NCBI GenBank assembly: GCA_963926585.1
Contig: CAWUXT010000001.1
Coordinates: forward strand, 121,102-185,101
Source of the DNA: Candidatus Saccharimonadota bacterium
GTDB lineage: Bacteria; Patescibacteriota; Saccharimonadia; Saccharimonadales; Saccharimonadaceae
Reading direction: 5' to 3'
DNA: 64,000 nt
Part shown: piece after piece, positions 9,725-20,000 of the stretch
Layout of the letters: every line of letters starts with the position of its first letter
Position numbering within the stretch: position 1 is the first letter of the stretch
Program-made: the position numbers and the translations under genes
The notes under the pieces: model-generated
What the model was told of the DNA's origin: nothing
What the model saw: the letters and a program-made list of their open reading frames with translations, nothing else
Database searches by the model: none

Positions 9725-10462
9725 ATGTCAGCAACCGCACCGGTACGTATTTCCTATTACGCCTATCCCAGCCTCGACATTAATGGCGCTGTTGACGTCG
9801 CCATAGGTGAGGTCGAGTTCGACCCCAGTATCACAAAGGACCTGCCAGCATTTGCGGCATACGGTAGCACTGAACGCTTACTGCATACCGCCATCCGCAT
9901 ACTTCTGGCTAACTCCAATCAGATCAACGACATTGTTGGTGACTACTACGCCCTGACCGATCACGGCTTTGCCGTCAAGCGCCGCCAGCCCACTACGGCC
10001 GAGGAGGTGGAATATTACGTCCTACAGACCGGCTTTCTGCCTACTAGTATTCGCACGCTCACCGACCTAGCAGTGAACGTTATGGCGAAGTGGCTACATA
10101 CACCGATCGAATCGATCGTCGTCCAGATCAACTATGATAGCGAAATCACTAGCGAACGGCAGTTATCACAACAGATGAGAGAGTGCACACAGATGGGCAA
10201 GACATACCACCAACTGGATCATCACACTTGGATCATCACCATCATTGTCGGAGTGCTGTGTGGAGTTGCGTCCGCCACCATAGGCAATTGGTGGCTTGCC
10301 GTTATGCTTGGCTTTGGCTTCATCTATCTGTTTTATCTGCGACCAAGAAGGCTACTATTCAGCCAACTTCGGAACAAGTCCAACGAGCTAGATTCAGCCA
10401 TCGCCAAGCTGTGCGACAAGCACCCCGAGTGGAAAGTGGACTACTTGGCCAATAGGAGGTAG
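9725..10462 (+). CDS. Hypothetical membrane protein (two C-terminal TM helices)
   Basis: 245-aa ORF, GAGG SD, hydrophobic segments near C-terminus. Confidence 0.7.
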   Translation: MSATAPVRISYYAYPSLDINGAVDVAIGEVEFDPSITKDLPAFAAYGSTERLLHTAIRILLANSNQINDIVGDYYALTDHGFAVKRRQPTTAEEVEYYVLQTGFLPTSIRTLTDLAVNVMAKWLHTPIESIVVQINYDSEITSERQLSQQMRECTQMGKTYHQLDHHTWIITIIVGVLCGVASATIGNWWLAVMLGFGFIYLFYLRPRRLLFSQLRNKSNELDSAIAKLCDKHPEWKVDYLANRR

Positions 10463-10542
10463 CTGCTGCCGAGGGCAAACAGGCCGAGCTGACCACTAAG
10501 GATAACCGCCCGCAGACATGCAGACATATTAACCTCGAACAC

Positions 10543-10570
10543 AGCAGCCCCGCCATGGGGCTGCTTTTCT
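10543..10570 (+). terminator. Intrinsic terminator
   Basis: AGCAGCCCC-gccat-GGGGCTGCT-TTT. Confidence 0.75.
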
Positions 10571-10625
10571 TATCCTTCTAAAGAGAAACGTTAATATCGC
10601 CACGGGGAGACGTCTAGATGTAAGG

Positions 10626-11414
10626 TTACTTATTGACACATCTTAGCTGACATAATATGGCATCAAGTACTCCGTCCAGCACCTCTAATTCACCCGCCGA
10701 AGCATCAACAATCGGAATATTGTATCGCTTCGCTATCTGCCGGTAGCCCTCGTCAACCTGAGTCACAAAGTTAGCATCATCATTGTCCTCAAAGGCATCG
10801 TCCTGGTGAGTTATCGCACCATCGCGGTTTTGCCGACGCCGCCGTCTAGCCTCATCGTCAGCCAGTAGAATAGCCCCCGCATCGGGTGTCACGTAACGAT
10901 CCGACAGCTCCCGCCCAGTTAGGTTTATTATCTCGTCAAGGTCAACACCTTGACCATATCCCTGGTATGCCAGCGTTGACCACCAGTTGCGCGCCGCAAT
11001 GACAATTTCACCGCGTGCTAGTGCCGGTTCAATGACTTCCCGCATTAGCTCAATCCGCGCCTCAGTGAACAGCTTAACATTCTCCATGGGGGATAGGTGA
11101 CTGCTTTTATCCTTAACCAGACGGCGGATTTCGTCCGCCCGGGGCGTGCCACCCGGCTCCTCGACCAGTTGAACACTCAGATCCGTGTTATCGCGTAGCA
11201 ACTTTAATATATTCCAACACTGGCTACTCTTGCCGGTCAGATCAGCACCCTCTAGAACTATATAAACACCCTGACAGCTCCCTGCATACGCCGCAACTTG
11301 ATCGACAAAGCGACGCTGTTCCTTAGCCATAGCCATGGTAATGTTACTAGATATTTCGACACCAACATAATTAAAGTCTAGCTTCGGTATAAATATCTGT
11401 TTCATGCTTGCCAC
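10626..11414 (-). CDS. tmk: Thymidylate kinase
   Basis: YIVLEGADLTGKSSQ P-loop, EEPGGTP, LFTEAR, STLAYQGYG. Confidence 0.9.
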   Translation of the reverse strand: MASMKQIFIPKLDFNYVGVEISSNITMAMAKEQRRFVDQVAAYAGSCQGVYIVLEGADLTGKSSQCWNILKLLRDNTDLSVQLVEEPGGTPRADEIRRLVKDKSSHLSPMENVKLFTEARIELMREVIEPALARGEIVIAARNWWSTLAYQGYGQGVDLDEIINLTGRELSDRYVTPDAGAILLADDEARRRRRQNRDGAITHQDDAFEDNDDANFVTQVDEGYRQIAKRYNIPIVDASAGELEVLDGVLDAILCQLRCVNK

Positions 11415-11438
11415 CTTTCATTCGTTATCACACATAGA

Positions 11439-12734
11439 CTATTTATCGCTGGGCAGGGGATACTGACGGGCAAAGGCCGCTACCTCGGCGTGCAGCTCGA
11501 CCAGCTTAGCCTCATTGTCCCGATTAGCAATCGCCTGATCAATCCACTCCGCCAGGCGTGACATATCCTCCTCGACTAGCCCACGAGTCGTCACTGCTGG
11601 CGTACCCAGGCGCAGGCCACTGGGGCGGAAAGGTGGCTCGGGGTCAGCTGGAATGGCATTCTTGTTGGCCGTTAAGCCAATCTTGTCCAGCACTTCTTCG
11701 GCAACTTTACCATTAATGCCACGGCTCGCCATCATATTGATAAGGATCAGATGATTCTCGGTCCCGCCACCGACCAACGTATAGTCGCGTTGGGCCAACT
11801 CATCTGCTAACCGTACAGCATTCTTAACAACCTGTGCCGCATAATCCTTAAATTCCGGTTGCATCGCCTCATATAGCGCCACCGCCTTTGCCGCAATGAC
11901 GTGCATCAACGGTCCGCCCTGAGTCCCCGGAAAGACGCTGCGATCAATTAATGTGGGTATGTTCTCAATAGTTTTCTCGGGCTTCTTTAGTGGGTTACTA
12001 ACCCTACCCATAGATAAAATCATGCCGCCACGTGGACCACGCAGCGTTTTATGTGTTGTGGTCGTCATGACGTGAAAGCCGTGTTGCAGTGGGTTAGGAT
12101 GAACGCCGCCAGCTATTAATCCAGCCACGTGGGCCATGTCCGCCATTAGCAAGCAACCATAACGATTACCAATCTCAGCCAAGTGGTCGAAATCTGGAAT
12201 ATGCGAATAAGCTGAATAACCAACTAGCAGGATTTTGGGTCGGTGTTGGTGCGCCAACTCCTCGATTTCATCGTAATTGAACTCGCCAGTCACCGGATCA
12301 ACGGTGTAGTTAATAAAATTATAGAACTTGGCGCTCTGGGTGACTGGTGAGCCGTGCGTCAGATGACCGCCATAGTCCAACGACAGCCCCAGCACCGTAT
12401 CGCCCGGTTCTAACCAGGCATTGTAAACAGCATTGTTAGCCTGAGCGCCCGAATGGGGTTGCACGTTAGCGTGGTCAGCATGGAACAATTCCTTGGCTCG
12501 CTGGATAGCCAGCTCTTCGACTTGATCAGTATATTCCTGTCCACCATAGTAACGATAACCGGGGTAACCCTCGGAATACTTATTGGTAAACACCGAGCCC
12601 ATGGCCGATAGCACCTCGCGCGATACATAGTTCTCGCTGGGAATCAGTTCCAAGCCGTCGCGCTGCCGCTGCGTCTCGGCGTCAATTAGATCAAAAATCT
12701 GTTCATCATACATCCCGTTGTCGCTACCAGCCAT
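11439..12734 (-). CDS. glyA: Serine hydroxymethyltransferase
   Basis: LIPSENY, NKYSEGYPG, NVQPHSGAQAN, TTTTHKTLRGPRGG, SGLRLGTPA. Confidence 0.97.
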   Translation of the reverse strand: MAGSDNGMYDEQIFDLIDAETQRQRDGLELIPSENYVSREVLSAMGSVFTNKYSEGYPGYRYYGGQEYTDQVEELAIQRAKELFHADHANVQPHSGAQANNAVYNAWLEPGDTVLGLSLDYGGHLTHGSPVTQSAKFYNFINYTVDPVTGEFNYDEIEELAHQHRPKILLVGYSAYSHIPDFDHLAEIGNRYGCLLMADMAHVAGLIAGGVHPNPLQHGFHVMTTTTHKTLRGPRGGMILSMGRVSNPLKKPEKTIENIPTLIDRSVFPGTQGGPLMHVIAAKAVALYEAMQPEFKDYAAQVVKNAVRLADELAQRDYTLVGGGTENHLILINMMASRGINGKVAEEVLDKIGLTANKNAIPADPEPPFRPSGLRLGTPAVTTRGLVEEDMSRLAEWIDQAIANRDNEAKLVELHAEVAAFARQYPLPSDK

Positions 12735-12800
12735 AGTCCCTCCCTCAATTTAGGTTACGCTATATATAGTATAGCATCTGCGAGACAGCAGCTACACGAC

Positions 12801-14135
12801 TTAATCCGTTGACTTAATTTTAATCTGGTCTTTAGAGCCAATTTTAATTTGATAATTAACCTTGCCGTCATTATCATATTCCGTGATATCACCATGAACT
12901 TCAATCGTTTTATTGCGATAGTCGTAGGCTTCTTGGCGCGAAATTACCTTATCATCCTGCACGAACGCCGAGAAATTACTGCCTTTCTTGTCGCTAATCC
13001 AGGCGTAGCCATAATTGGTTGTATTAACGTAATTCACGTAATACTCAACGCATACACCAGTTTGCCCAACATAGTCCGCAGCTTCATCGGGTCGCATACA
13101 AATCTCGCCATTAATAATTTGCTCAGCCCGTTTCTTGGCTTCGTCCTGTTCATTTTGCTCTTTCCGCTCAATCACTTGCTCCGAAAGCGAACGTTGATTG
13201 TGAATATTCAGCAAAACCACACCAACAACGATAATTAATAATGCCACAATAGCCACCACGGCGTATTTCATATACCGGCCAGCCTTATCGACACTGGTCT
13301 CAGCGCGGCTAGCGGCGCTTTTGGCATGTGCGATGGTCCGATGCAGTTCATCAACCGATTCATTGATACTTTTGGCTGCAGCGTTAGTTTGGCGAGCCAC
13401 TCTGTTAATTTCCGCCACCTCGCCACGATACTTCTCAATTGCATTTTTTAGCTCATCATTCTGTTTTATGTTTCGCAGATCATGGTCAGTATAGTGTTTA
13501 AAGTCGTCATACTCAGCAACATTAAATAGCTCAAGATAACGCCTCATTATGTCCACAGATAATGGAAAGGGGTTCTCGCTTCGACGGATATTGATATAAT
13601 TAAAAATTTTCTGTACATAATTGTTAATATCTGCAATAAAGAAACGCTGGCTGTATTTATTAGGAATACCGCTCTTTATAATTGTCATTGTTCCGCCATG
13701 GAAGCACACGCCAGTTGTTATATCGCCAAAGCCGATGCCCAAAGCCTCCTTTAGCAAATTTTGCTGATATCTTAATTGTAGGAAAGGATTCCTACTGGAA
13801 CCGCCACCAACACGTATTTCATGGCCATGTTCGTCCACATTTATCCACTCGCCATATTCCCAATTATTTTCGTTGGGCAATATTAACGATCCTCCATACC
13901 GTTTAAAGTCTACAATAATGACAGCATAGGGAACCAGCAATAAGCAGTCGGGGCATAATTTTTCGAAACGCTCATCCTTTAATTTAGGATGACCAAGTAG
14001 AACTCCATCAAAATTGTTATCATCAAATAAAAGCCTCAATTTACCGGCCAGCTCATCAAAAAATTCATTTTCAGAACCCTGCGAAGCACTATTTATTCCG
14101 CGATATATTCTTAGCGACATAAATTCGCCCTCCAT
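12801..14135 (-). CDS. NERD-domain protein with coiled coil, TM helix and C-terminal OB-like domain
   Basis: PDCLLLVPYAVIIVDFKRYGG and NPFLQL resemble the NERD nuclease motif; hydrophobic AVVAIVALLIIVVGVVLL; AT-rich. Confidence 0.65.
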   Translation of the reverse strand: MEGEFMSLRIYRGINSASQGSENEFFDELAGKLRLLFDDNNFDGVLLGHPKLKDERFEKLCPDCLLLVPYAVIIVDFKRYGGSLILPNENNWEYGEWINVDEHGHEIRVGGGSSRNPFLQLRYQQNLLKEALGIGFGDITTGVCFHGGTMTIIKSGIPNKYSQRFFIADINNYVQKIFNYINIRRSENPFPLSVDIMRRYLELFNVAEYDDFKHYTDHDLRNIKQNDELKNAIEKYRGEVAEINRVARQTNAAAKSINESVDELHRTIAHAKSAASRAETSVDKAGRYMKYAVVAIVALLIIVVGVVLLNIHNQRSLSEQVIERKEQNEQDEAKKRAEQIINGEICMRPDEAADYVGQTGVCVEYYVNYVNTTNYGYAWISDKKGSNFSAFVQDDKVISRQEAYDYRNKTIEVHGDITEYDNDGKVNYQIKIGSKDQIKIKSTD

Positions 14136-14341
14136 TGCGCGTGATTATTTAGTAAGTCGTGTTCAGTCAAGCAATTTATCATGAGCCCTCCATGCACTTA
14201 TGCTACGCTATGTATAGTATACATCACCACTGACCCATATGACTGTTGTATCTGCCTACCCACCAGGACACTGGATAGCATTCCCGGATGAACGCTATAC
14301 GGCGTTTAGACAGCAAATGCTTTGAGGTATAATATCAGCAA

Positions 14342-14598
14342 ATGTTCGATGATCAACTATTGCAACTACAGGATGCTGCATACCGTGATTTTCAGGCAAA
14401 GAATACTACGTCAAGATGATGCAAGCCTGGTACTTCGCCACGGCACTTGCCAAGCAACCCGACGCCACAATGCCGTATTTAACTGAGCGGCGACTGCAAC
14501 CCTGGGTGCACAACAAAGCTATTCAGAAAGCCTGCGAATCATATCGAATTAACAATGAGGCCAAGAAGATCTTGCGTCAGCCACGCTGTTCAGCGTAG
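14342..14598 (+). pseudogene. DNA alkylation repair (AlkD-family) pseudogene with large internal deletion and frameshift
   Basis: N-terminal MFDDQLLQLQDAAYRDFQAK joined out of frame to C-terminal EYYVKMMQAWYFATALAKQ...WVHNKAIQKACESYRI. Confidence 0.75.
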
Positions 14599-14619
14599 CG
14601 CTAATGTACACTTCGATGT

Positions 14620-15513
14620 TTAGACGCCCGTCTCTGGTCGATATGCAGCATCGATCATCCACTTTTCACCTAATCGAAAGGCAGGAATGGTTTGTCGACT
14701 AGCGCGATTCAGGGCAGCATTGGCAGATATTCCATGCTGCTCCGCCCACTCCGTCAACGGCACCAGCTGCCGGCTAGTTAATATGGCAAGCCGTTTATGT
14801 AACGACTCCATCAGTAATACCGCAAATAGTTCGCCGAATCCATCATACTTGCCACTACGAGCATACTCGTCAAAAAGAGGGTAGTAACGCTCAAATTTAC
14901 CCCGGTTACGAATGATGATTGGTGGATAGCCTAGCTTACCTAGCTGCTGATTAATTAGTAACCTGCCAATTCGCCCATTACCGTCACCGAATGGGTGAAT
15001 AGTTTCAAACTCGGCATGAAAATAGGCAATTTTGTCTAGAAAATAAGTGGCCAAATCCTCGTTGTATTTATGAATCAAATCCCCAACCAGCCCATTTGTA
15101 AAACTAGGGTTAGCACCAATATGAGTCCCAACGCGCACCCATTCGTCGCCCGAACGAAAGCGACCCGCAAAATGGTCGTTGATGTCCGTCAGCAGAACTT
15201 TATGTAACTGCAGGACATACTCAATAGATAGCTCTTTATCTGGCTGGCCAATAATGATATGAATAGCCTTAGCCAGGTTCTTTGCTTCGTAGACCTCGCG
15301 GACGCTGGCATCCTTGCGAATAATATCTCGCATCAGGATGTCCTCAGTATCACGCAATGTCAGCGTCGAGTTTTCGATTGCGTTAGAGTTGTATACCATT
15401 TCCGGTACTTCCGACATGGCAATTTCAGCTAGTCCGTTAGCCATACCCGACGAAACTTCGTCGTATTTTGCGCGCAAGCGGACAATTTTATCCCTGGTTA
15501 CCTGGTTGACCAT
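14620..15513 (-). CDS. Fic family protein
   Basis: Canonical HPFGDGNGRIGR motif; YNSNAIENSTL; C-terminal HTH-like segment. Confidence 0.92.
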   Translation of the reverse strand: MVNQVTRDKIVRLRAKYDEVSSGMANGLAEIAMSEVPEMVYNSNAIENSTLTLRDTEDILMRDIIRKDASVREVYEAKNLAKAIHIIIGQPDKELSIEYVLQLHKVLLTDINDHFAGRFRSGDEWVRVGTHIGANPSFTNGLVGDLIHKYNEDLATYFLDKIAYFHAEFETIHPFGDGNGRIGRLLINQQLGKLGYPPIIIRNRGKFERYYPLFDEYARSGKYDGFGELFAVLLMESLHKRLAILTSRQLVPLTEWAEQHGISANAALNRASRQTIPAFRLGEKWMIDAAYRPETGV

Positions 15514-15641
15514 AGGTCTATTATAGCATTAAGCGTGAATAAATGCTATTTTTGGCATAAATTCACGCAAAGTTGGGAGGCTAGGTACAGGCAACAGATG
15601 AAAGCTGGAGCAAAACGCCGTGGCATCAAGAAAGTACAGTA

Positions 15642-15664
15642 AAACCGCCCACGTGGGGCGGTTT
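15642..15664. terminator. Terminator downstream of hsp20
   Basis: AAACCGCCC-acgtg-GGGCGGTTT. Confidence 0.7.
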
Positions 15665-15700
15665 ATTCGGTAGTTTATTAGCTACGACTAGCAAAAACAA

Positions 15701-16141
15701 CTATTCGCTCTTAGCCGACTTCTTACCATCGCCAATCTCAATCTTGCGAGCAGACGGCAATGGTGTCATTGGGATAGTCACCACTAGCTTACCATCGACC
15801 ATATCAGCCTTAATCTCATCCTTGTCAGCGCGCTCGGGTAGAGAAATGGTACGGTAGAAGTTACTGGAGCTCTCGCGCACAATATACTTCTTATCTTTAT
15901 CCTCTTCCTTCTCATGGCGTTCCGCACTGATAACCAGATCGTCACCGTTGACCTGGATATCCACGTCCTCACGGTCGAAATTAGGCAGGTGCGCCTCTAC
16001 CACTAGGTTGCCGTCCTTCTCGTAAACATCAGTTGTCGGAATGTTAGTGGCGGCGTCATGTATGAACAGATCATCGCCAAAGAAACGGCGCTGCAAGGCA
16101 CTCAATTCTGCAAATGGATCATACTTGATTAAATTACTCAT
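15701..16141 (-). CDS. Small heat shock protein, Hsp20/alpha-crystallin family
   Basis: PTTDVYEK..VEAHLP..DVDIQV..LVISAER..FYRTISLP..IKADMVDGKLVVTIP. Confidence 0.93.
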   Translation of the reverse strand: MSNLIKYDPFAELSALQRRFFGDDLFIHDAATNIPTTDVYEKDGNLVVEAHLPNFDREDVDIQVNGDDLVISAERHEKEEDKDKKYIVRESSSNFYRTISLPERADKDEIKADMVDGKLVVTIPMTPLPSARKIEIGDGKKSAKSE

Positions 16142-16200
16142 TTCTTCCTCCTTGTTTTACCCCGATAGAATTGATTGATGTTTCAATCTATCTATTTAGT

Positions 16201-16238
16201 AGTATAGTCAGTTAGCACTCTAACGTCAAGAGTGCTAG
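16201..16238 (-). promoter_or_regulatory. CIRCE operator (HrcA site) overlapping the hsp20 sigma70 promoter
   Basis: TTAGCACTC-N9-GAGTGCTAG at 16212-16238; on minus strand TTGACG-17 nt-TATACT. Confidence 0.88.
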
Positions 16239-16284
16239 CTCAAGCATTTTGTATTTTATTCAGCAAATCGCTAGATTTTAAAAA

Positions 16285-16757
16285 TGGCAGGACTTCTTTA
16301 TTAATAAGGATGACTTTGTCAAAAAGTATATTCAATTGTAGCCGATCATGGCTATCTAAACGAGGCCGTCATTGACCCGCAAGCAATTACTATACTCAAC
16401 AAGCTACACGATGAGGGCAATCAAATTGTTGTCGCCACTCATCGAGGATTTTCACAGCTTGATGGCACTGATCGGGAATGGATTAACCGCCAAGCTCATG
16501 ACGAAACCGTGGAATGGCTGAATAAAATCGGGCTTAACTATGACGAAATCATGTTAACAGCCGACAAAGGACAAGCCAAAGCCGAGATATACATTGAGGA
16601 CTCACCCATCAATATTGCTAATCTACAAAAGGAAGGTGTCAAGCATATCATTATGATTGCCCATGTCTACAATCACCAAGTTCAGGGCGTCGACCTAGCC
16701 ACCAATGATTGGAATAAGATATATGAGTATATAAAGTCACTGGCTAGTCAATATTGA
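16285..16757 (+). pseudogene. 5'-truncated, frameshifted HAD / 5'(3')-deoxyribonucleotidase-like gene
   Basis: Frame LNKLHDEGNQIVVATHR...TVEWLNKIGLNYDEI...IYIEDSPIN...YN...DWNKIYEYI; no N-terminal DxD motif or start. Confidence 0.6.
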
Positions 16758-16782
16758 ATCACAGCGACATATCGATTATAAT
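16754..16782 (+). promoter_or_regulatory. tracrRNA promoter
   Basis: TTGAAT-17 nt-TATAAT. Confidence 0.7.
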
Positions 16783-16788
16783 AATTAA

Positions 16789-16958
16789 CGTACAGTCGTG
16801 GGAGCATGATTGTATGACTAACTAAGTTGTCTGGTTTCTATAATAATCAGTTTACGGTCTGAGCAAAGCTCTGATTGCCAAAAGCAATCATCTCTAAAAC
16901 CGTTCTAGTTATAGAAATTAGATCAAATAGCATCCGGTTCGAAACGGATGCTATTTTT
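16789..16958 (+). ncRNA. tracrRNA
   Basis: Anti-repeat 16809-16844 matches the repeat at 27/36 nt with several differences G.U-compatible; downstream hairpins; terminator AAATAGCATCCG/CGGATGCTATTT. Confidence 0.85.
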
Positions 16959-17000
16959 ATGTCTCACATAAGCTATATGCTTATAGCGTATAATAAGTAC

Positions 17001-20000
17001 ATGAAATACTCTCTGGGATTAGACATAGGTACAACATCGGTTGGTTGGTCAGTGGTAAATCTAAAAAAGGATCGCATTGAAGATTTGGGCGTACGCATTT
17101 TCGAACGACCTGAGAACCCGAAGAATGGTGAATCACTCGCTAAACCGCGGCGTGATGCGCGCAGTGCTCGACGGCGCTTGCGCCGCCGTCGCCAACGACT
17201 CAACTATCTAAAAAGCTTTTTCATTAAAAACAACATTCTGACTTCCGACCGTATCGAATACGTTCTAAATCCAGAACACAATCACGAATACAATCCTTAT
17301 CAGCTACGCGAAAAGGGATTGACCGAGCAGCTAACACCAGAGGAATTATTTGTCGCCTTATATCATATTGCCAAGCGACGTGGCTACAAATCAAATCGCA
17401 AGTCGGTTGAGGAAAAGGATGCAGAGGGTGGTCGGGTCTTAAAAGCTATCGCTGCCAACAAAGATGTTCTATCAGATTGGAACACCGTTGGGCGAGCTTT
17501 GAATAACGATCAAAGATTTGCTGCCCACAAGCGCAACAAGGCGGATGACTATTCTAATTCATTTATTCGTGAAGATTTTCTGCGTGAAATTAAGCAGATT
17601 CTAGCAAAACAGCAGGAGTTTTATTCGCAATTATCCGATAGTAATATTCATCTGCTACTAGAAGGAGACCCAGAGCACGGCAATGACGACGGTATATTCT
17701 ATCAGCGTCCATTTATGACAGACGAGTTAATTAATAAAATGCGCGGCAACTGTCCATTAGAGAAGGACGAGAAACGGGCGCCTAAGGCAAGTTACACATT
17801 CGAAATGTTTAGGCTAGCTCAAGACCTAGCGCATTTATGCTATGTCATGAACCTGGACGACAAGATCAAAGACAGCGACCCTGAGTGGAAGAAGCATAAG
17901 ATTATTAAAGCCGGCCGCAACTACTTGACTACCGAGCAGATTCAACTATGTCTAGATAAATGCTTAGAGACCAGAAAGGTTACCTACAAGGCGATTCGCA
18001 AGGTACTAGGCTATGATGGAGATAGCAATTTCAGCTTTGCTTATATTCGCGGCAAGAAAGATAAGGGCGAGGACAACACCTTTGCTGAATTAAAGTTCTA
18101 TCACGATGTTAAAAAAGCCACCAAGGATCAGCCTGACGATTGGCAACGAATTAGCCGCGATCCAGATCTATTCGACAGGATTGGCGAAATTCTAACCTGC
18201 AACAAGGACGACGCTGCCATTACAGATAAGCTGAATCAACTTAACCTGACTGAGCAAACTGTCAACAACTTGTTGCAACTCAACCCTTCTGGTTTCGGCA
18301 ATTTATCAGCCAAGGCTATGCGAAAAATTACCCCGTTTCTACTACAGGGCAATGGCGTAACCTATGACAAAGCCGTGGTGGCGGCTGGCTACAACTTTAA
18401 TGAGAAGCTACATGGCGACAAGACCAAGCTACCGCCACTCAGCGAACAAGATGCTCAGCAAATTACCAATCCAGTTGTCAAACGAGCTGTTAGCCAAACC
18501 ATCAAAGTTATTAACGCCGTGGTTGACAAATACGGCTCACCGTCTCGTATCGGGCTGGAATGCGCCGGAGATTTAGCCAAGAATTTTAAAGACCGCAATG
18601 ACATCAAAAAGCGTCAGGATGAGAACGCCGAGCGTAACCAAAAAATTGTTGAGCAGCTAAAGGAGTGGGGTGTCGTTAATCCAACCGGTCTACAGATCAC
18701 TAAATTTAAATTGATGAAGCAACAGAACGATAAGTGTATTTATTGTGGCAAGCCAATTACTGTCGACGACATGATCAATGACAAAACCAGTTGTGATGTT
18801 GATCACATCATTCCATTCTCACGTTGTGGCAATGATTCGTTAAACAATAAGGTATTGGTCTGTAGCGAGTGTAACCGCGAGAAGGGCAACCGCACGCCAT
18901 ACGAGCAATGGGGCAATAACGAGCAGCGTTGGCATCAGATTGAAACTGATGTACTCTCCAACGAGAAGCTAAAAGGCAAGGCTAAGCGGATCTTAGCCAA
19001 GACTCCGCCAACTGAAGCTTGGCGTGACCACGCCATTAACGATACTCGCTATATTTCCAAGTTTCTGAGTCGTTATATTAAGGATAATCTAGCCTTTGAC
19101 GATGATAGCCTGGGCAAGCAAAAAGTCATTCTGCCAACTGGGGCGATTACATCATTTTTGCGTCGCTTTTGGCATATTCCACACAAAGATCGTGAGGCCG
19201 ATTGCCTGCACCACTCGGTAGATGCCACTATTATCGCTTGTGTTGACCAGGCTGTCATCAACGATTGTGCCAACTACAGTACCGCCTTTACTGCTAACCA
19301 GAAACACATTATCTACGAGCAAAACCAGGATAACGAAGCTGACGACAGCGGCTTTACCGGCAGCAAAAAGTTCATGGATAAGCTAGCCCAAATCACTGAT
19401 CAAAGCACTGGCTATATCGACGACGATGAACTAAGGGAATTACAGGAAAGCTTCTTGCCATGGCCACAGTTTGATAAGGAAATCCGCCTACGTGAGTCGC
19501 AGCCAAAAGAAAATGATACATTAGCCATCTGGCGCGATCAATTCCGCGACATTTATAAGGATCAGGACGCAGATTTTGTAAATAGCATTCATCCAATCTT
19601 TGTCAGTCGCATGCCCAAACGCAATGGTACTGGACAAACCAACAAGGAAACCGTCCGTTCGCCCAAGACGCGCGACAACGACGGCAAGACTCGCTCAGTC
19701 CGCATGCGTCTGCAGGATGTCAAGCTAAAGGATCTGGAGAATTCAGCAACCCGCGATACTGACCCCGAGCTATACCAGCAGCTAAAGGAGCGCCTAGAGG
19801 CCAACGGTGACGACCCAAAGAAGGCTTTTGCTGAGCCAGTCTATAAATCTGGCAAAACGGTAGACAAAAATGGCCACCCAATTTCGCCAGTATCGACTAT
19901 TAAGGTTTACTCGGTCAACCCAGATGCCAGTGGCTTCTATGTCAACGACGGCAAAGCCTACGTCAACAACGGTTCGATGGTGCGGCTGGATGTCTATAAG

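Noticed and set aside
16892-16900. GTTTTAGAG on the minus strand of the tracrRNA, like the SpCas9 repeat start
   Set aside because: Nine-base coincidence; the local repeat is unrelated.
16875-17000. 42-codon N-terminal extension of Cas9 in the ORF track
   Set aside because: It overlaps the tracrRNA and its terminator; the RuvC-I motif begins right after ATG 17001, which has its own -10 box.
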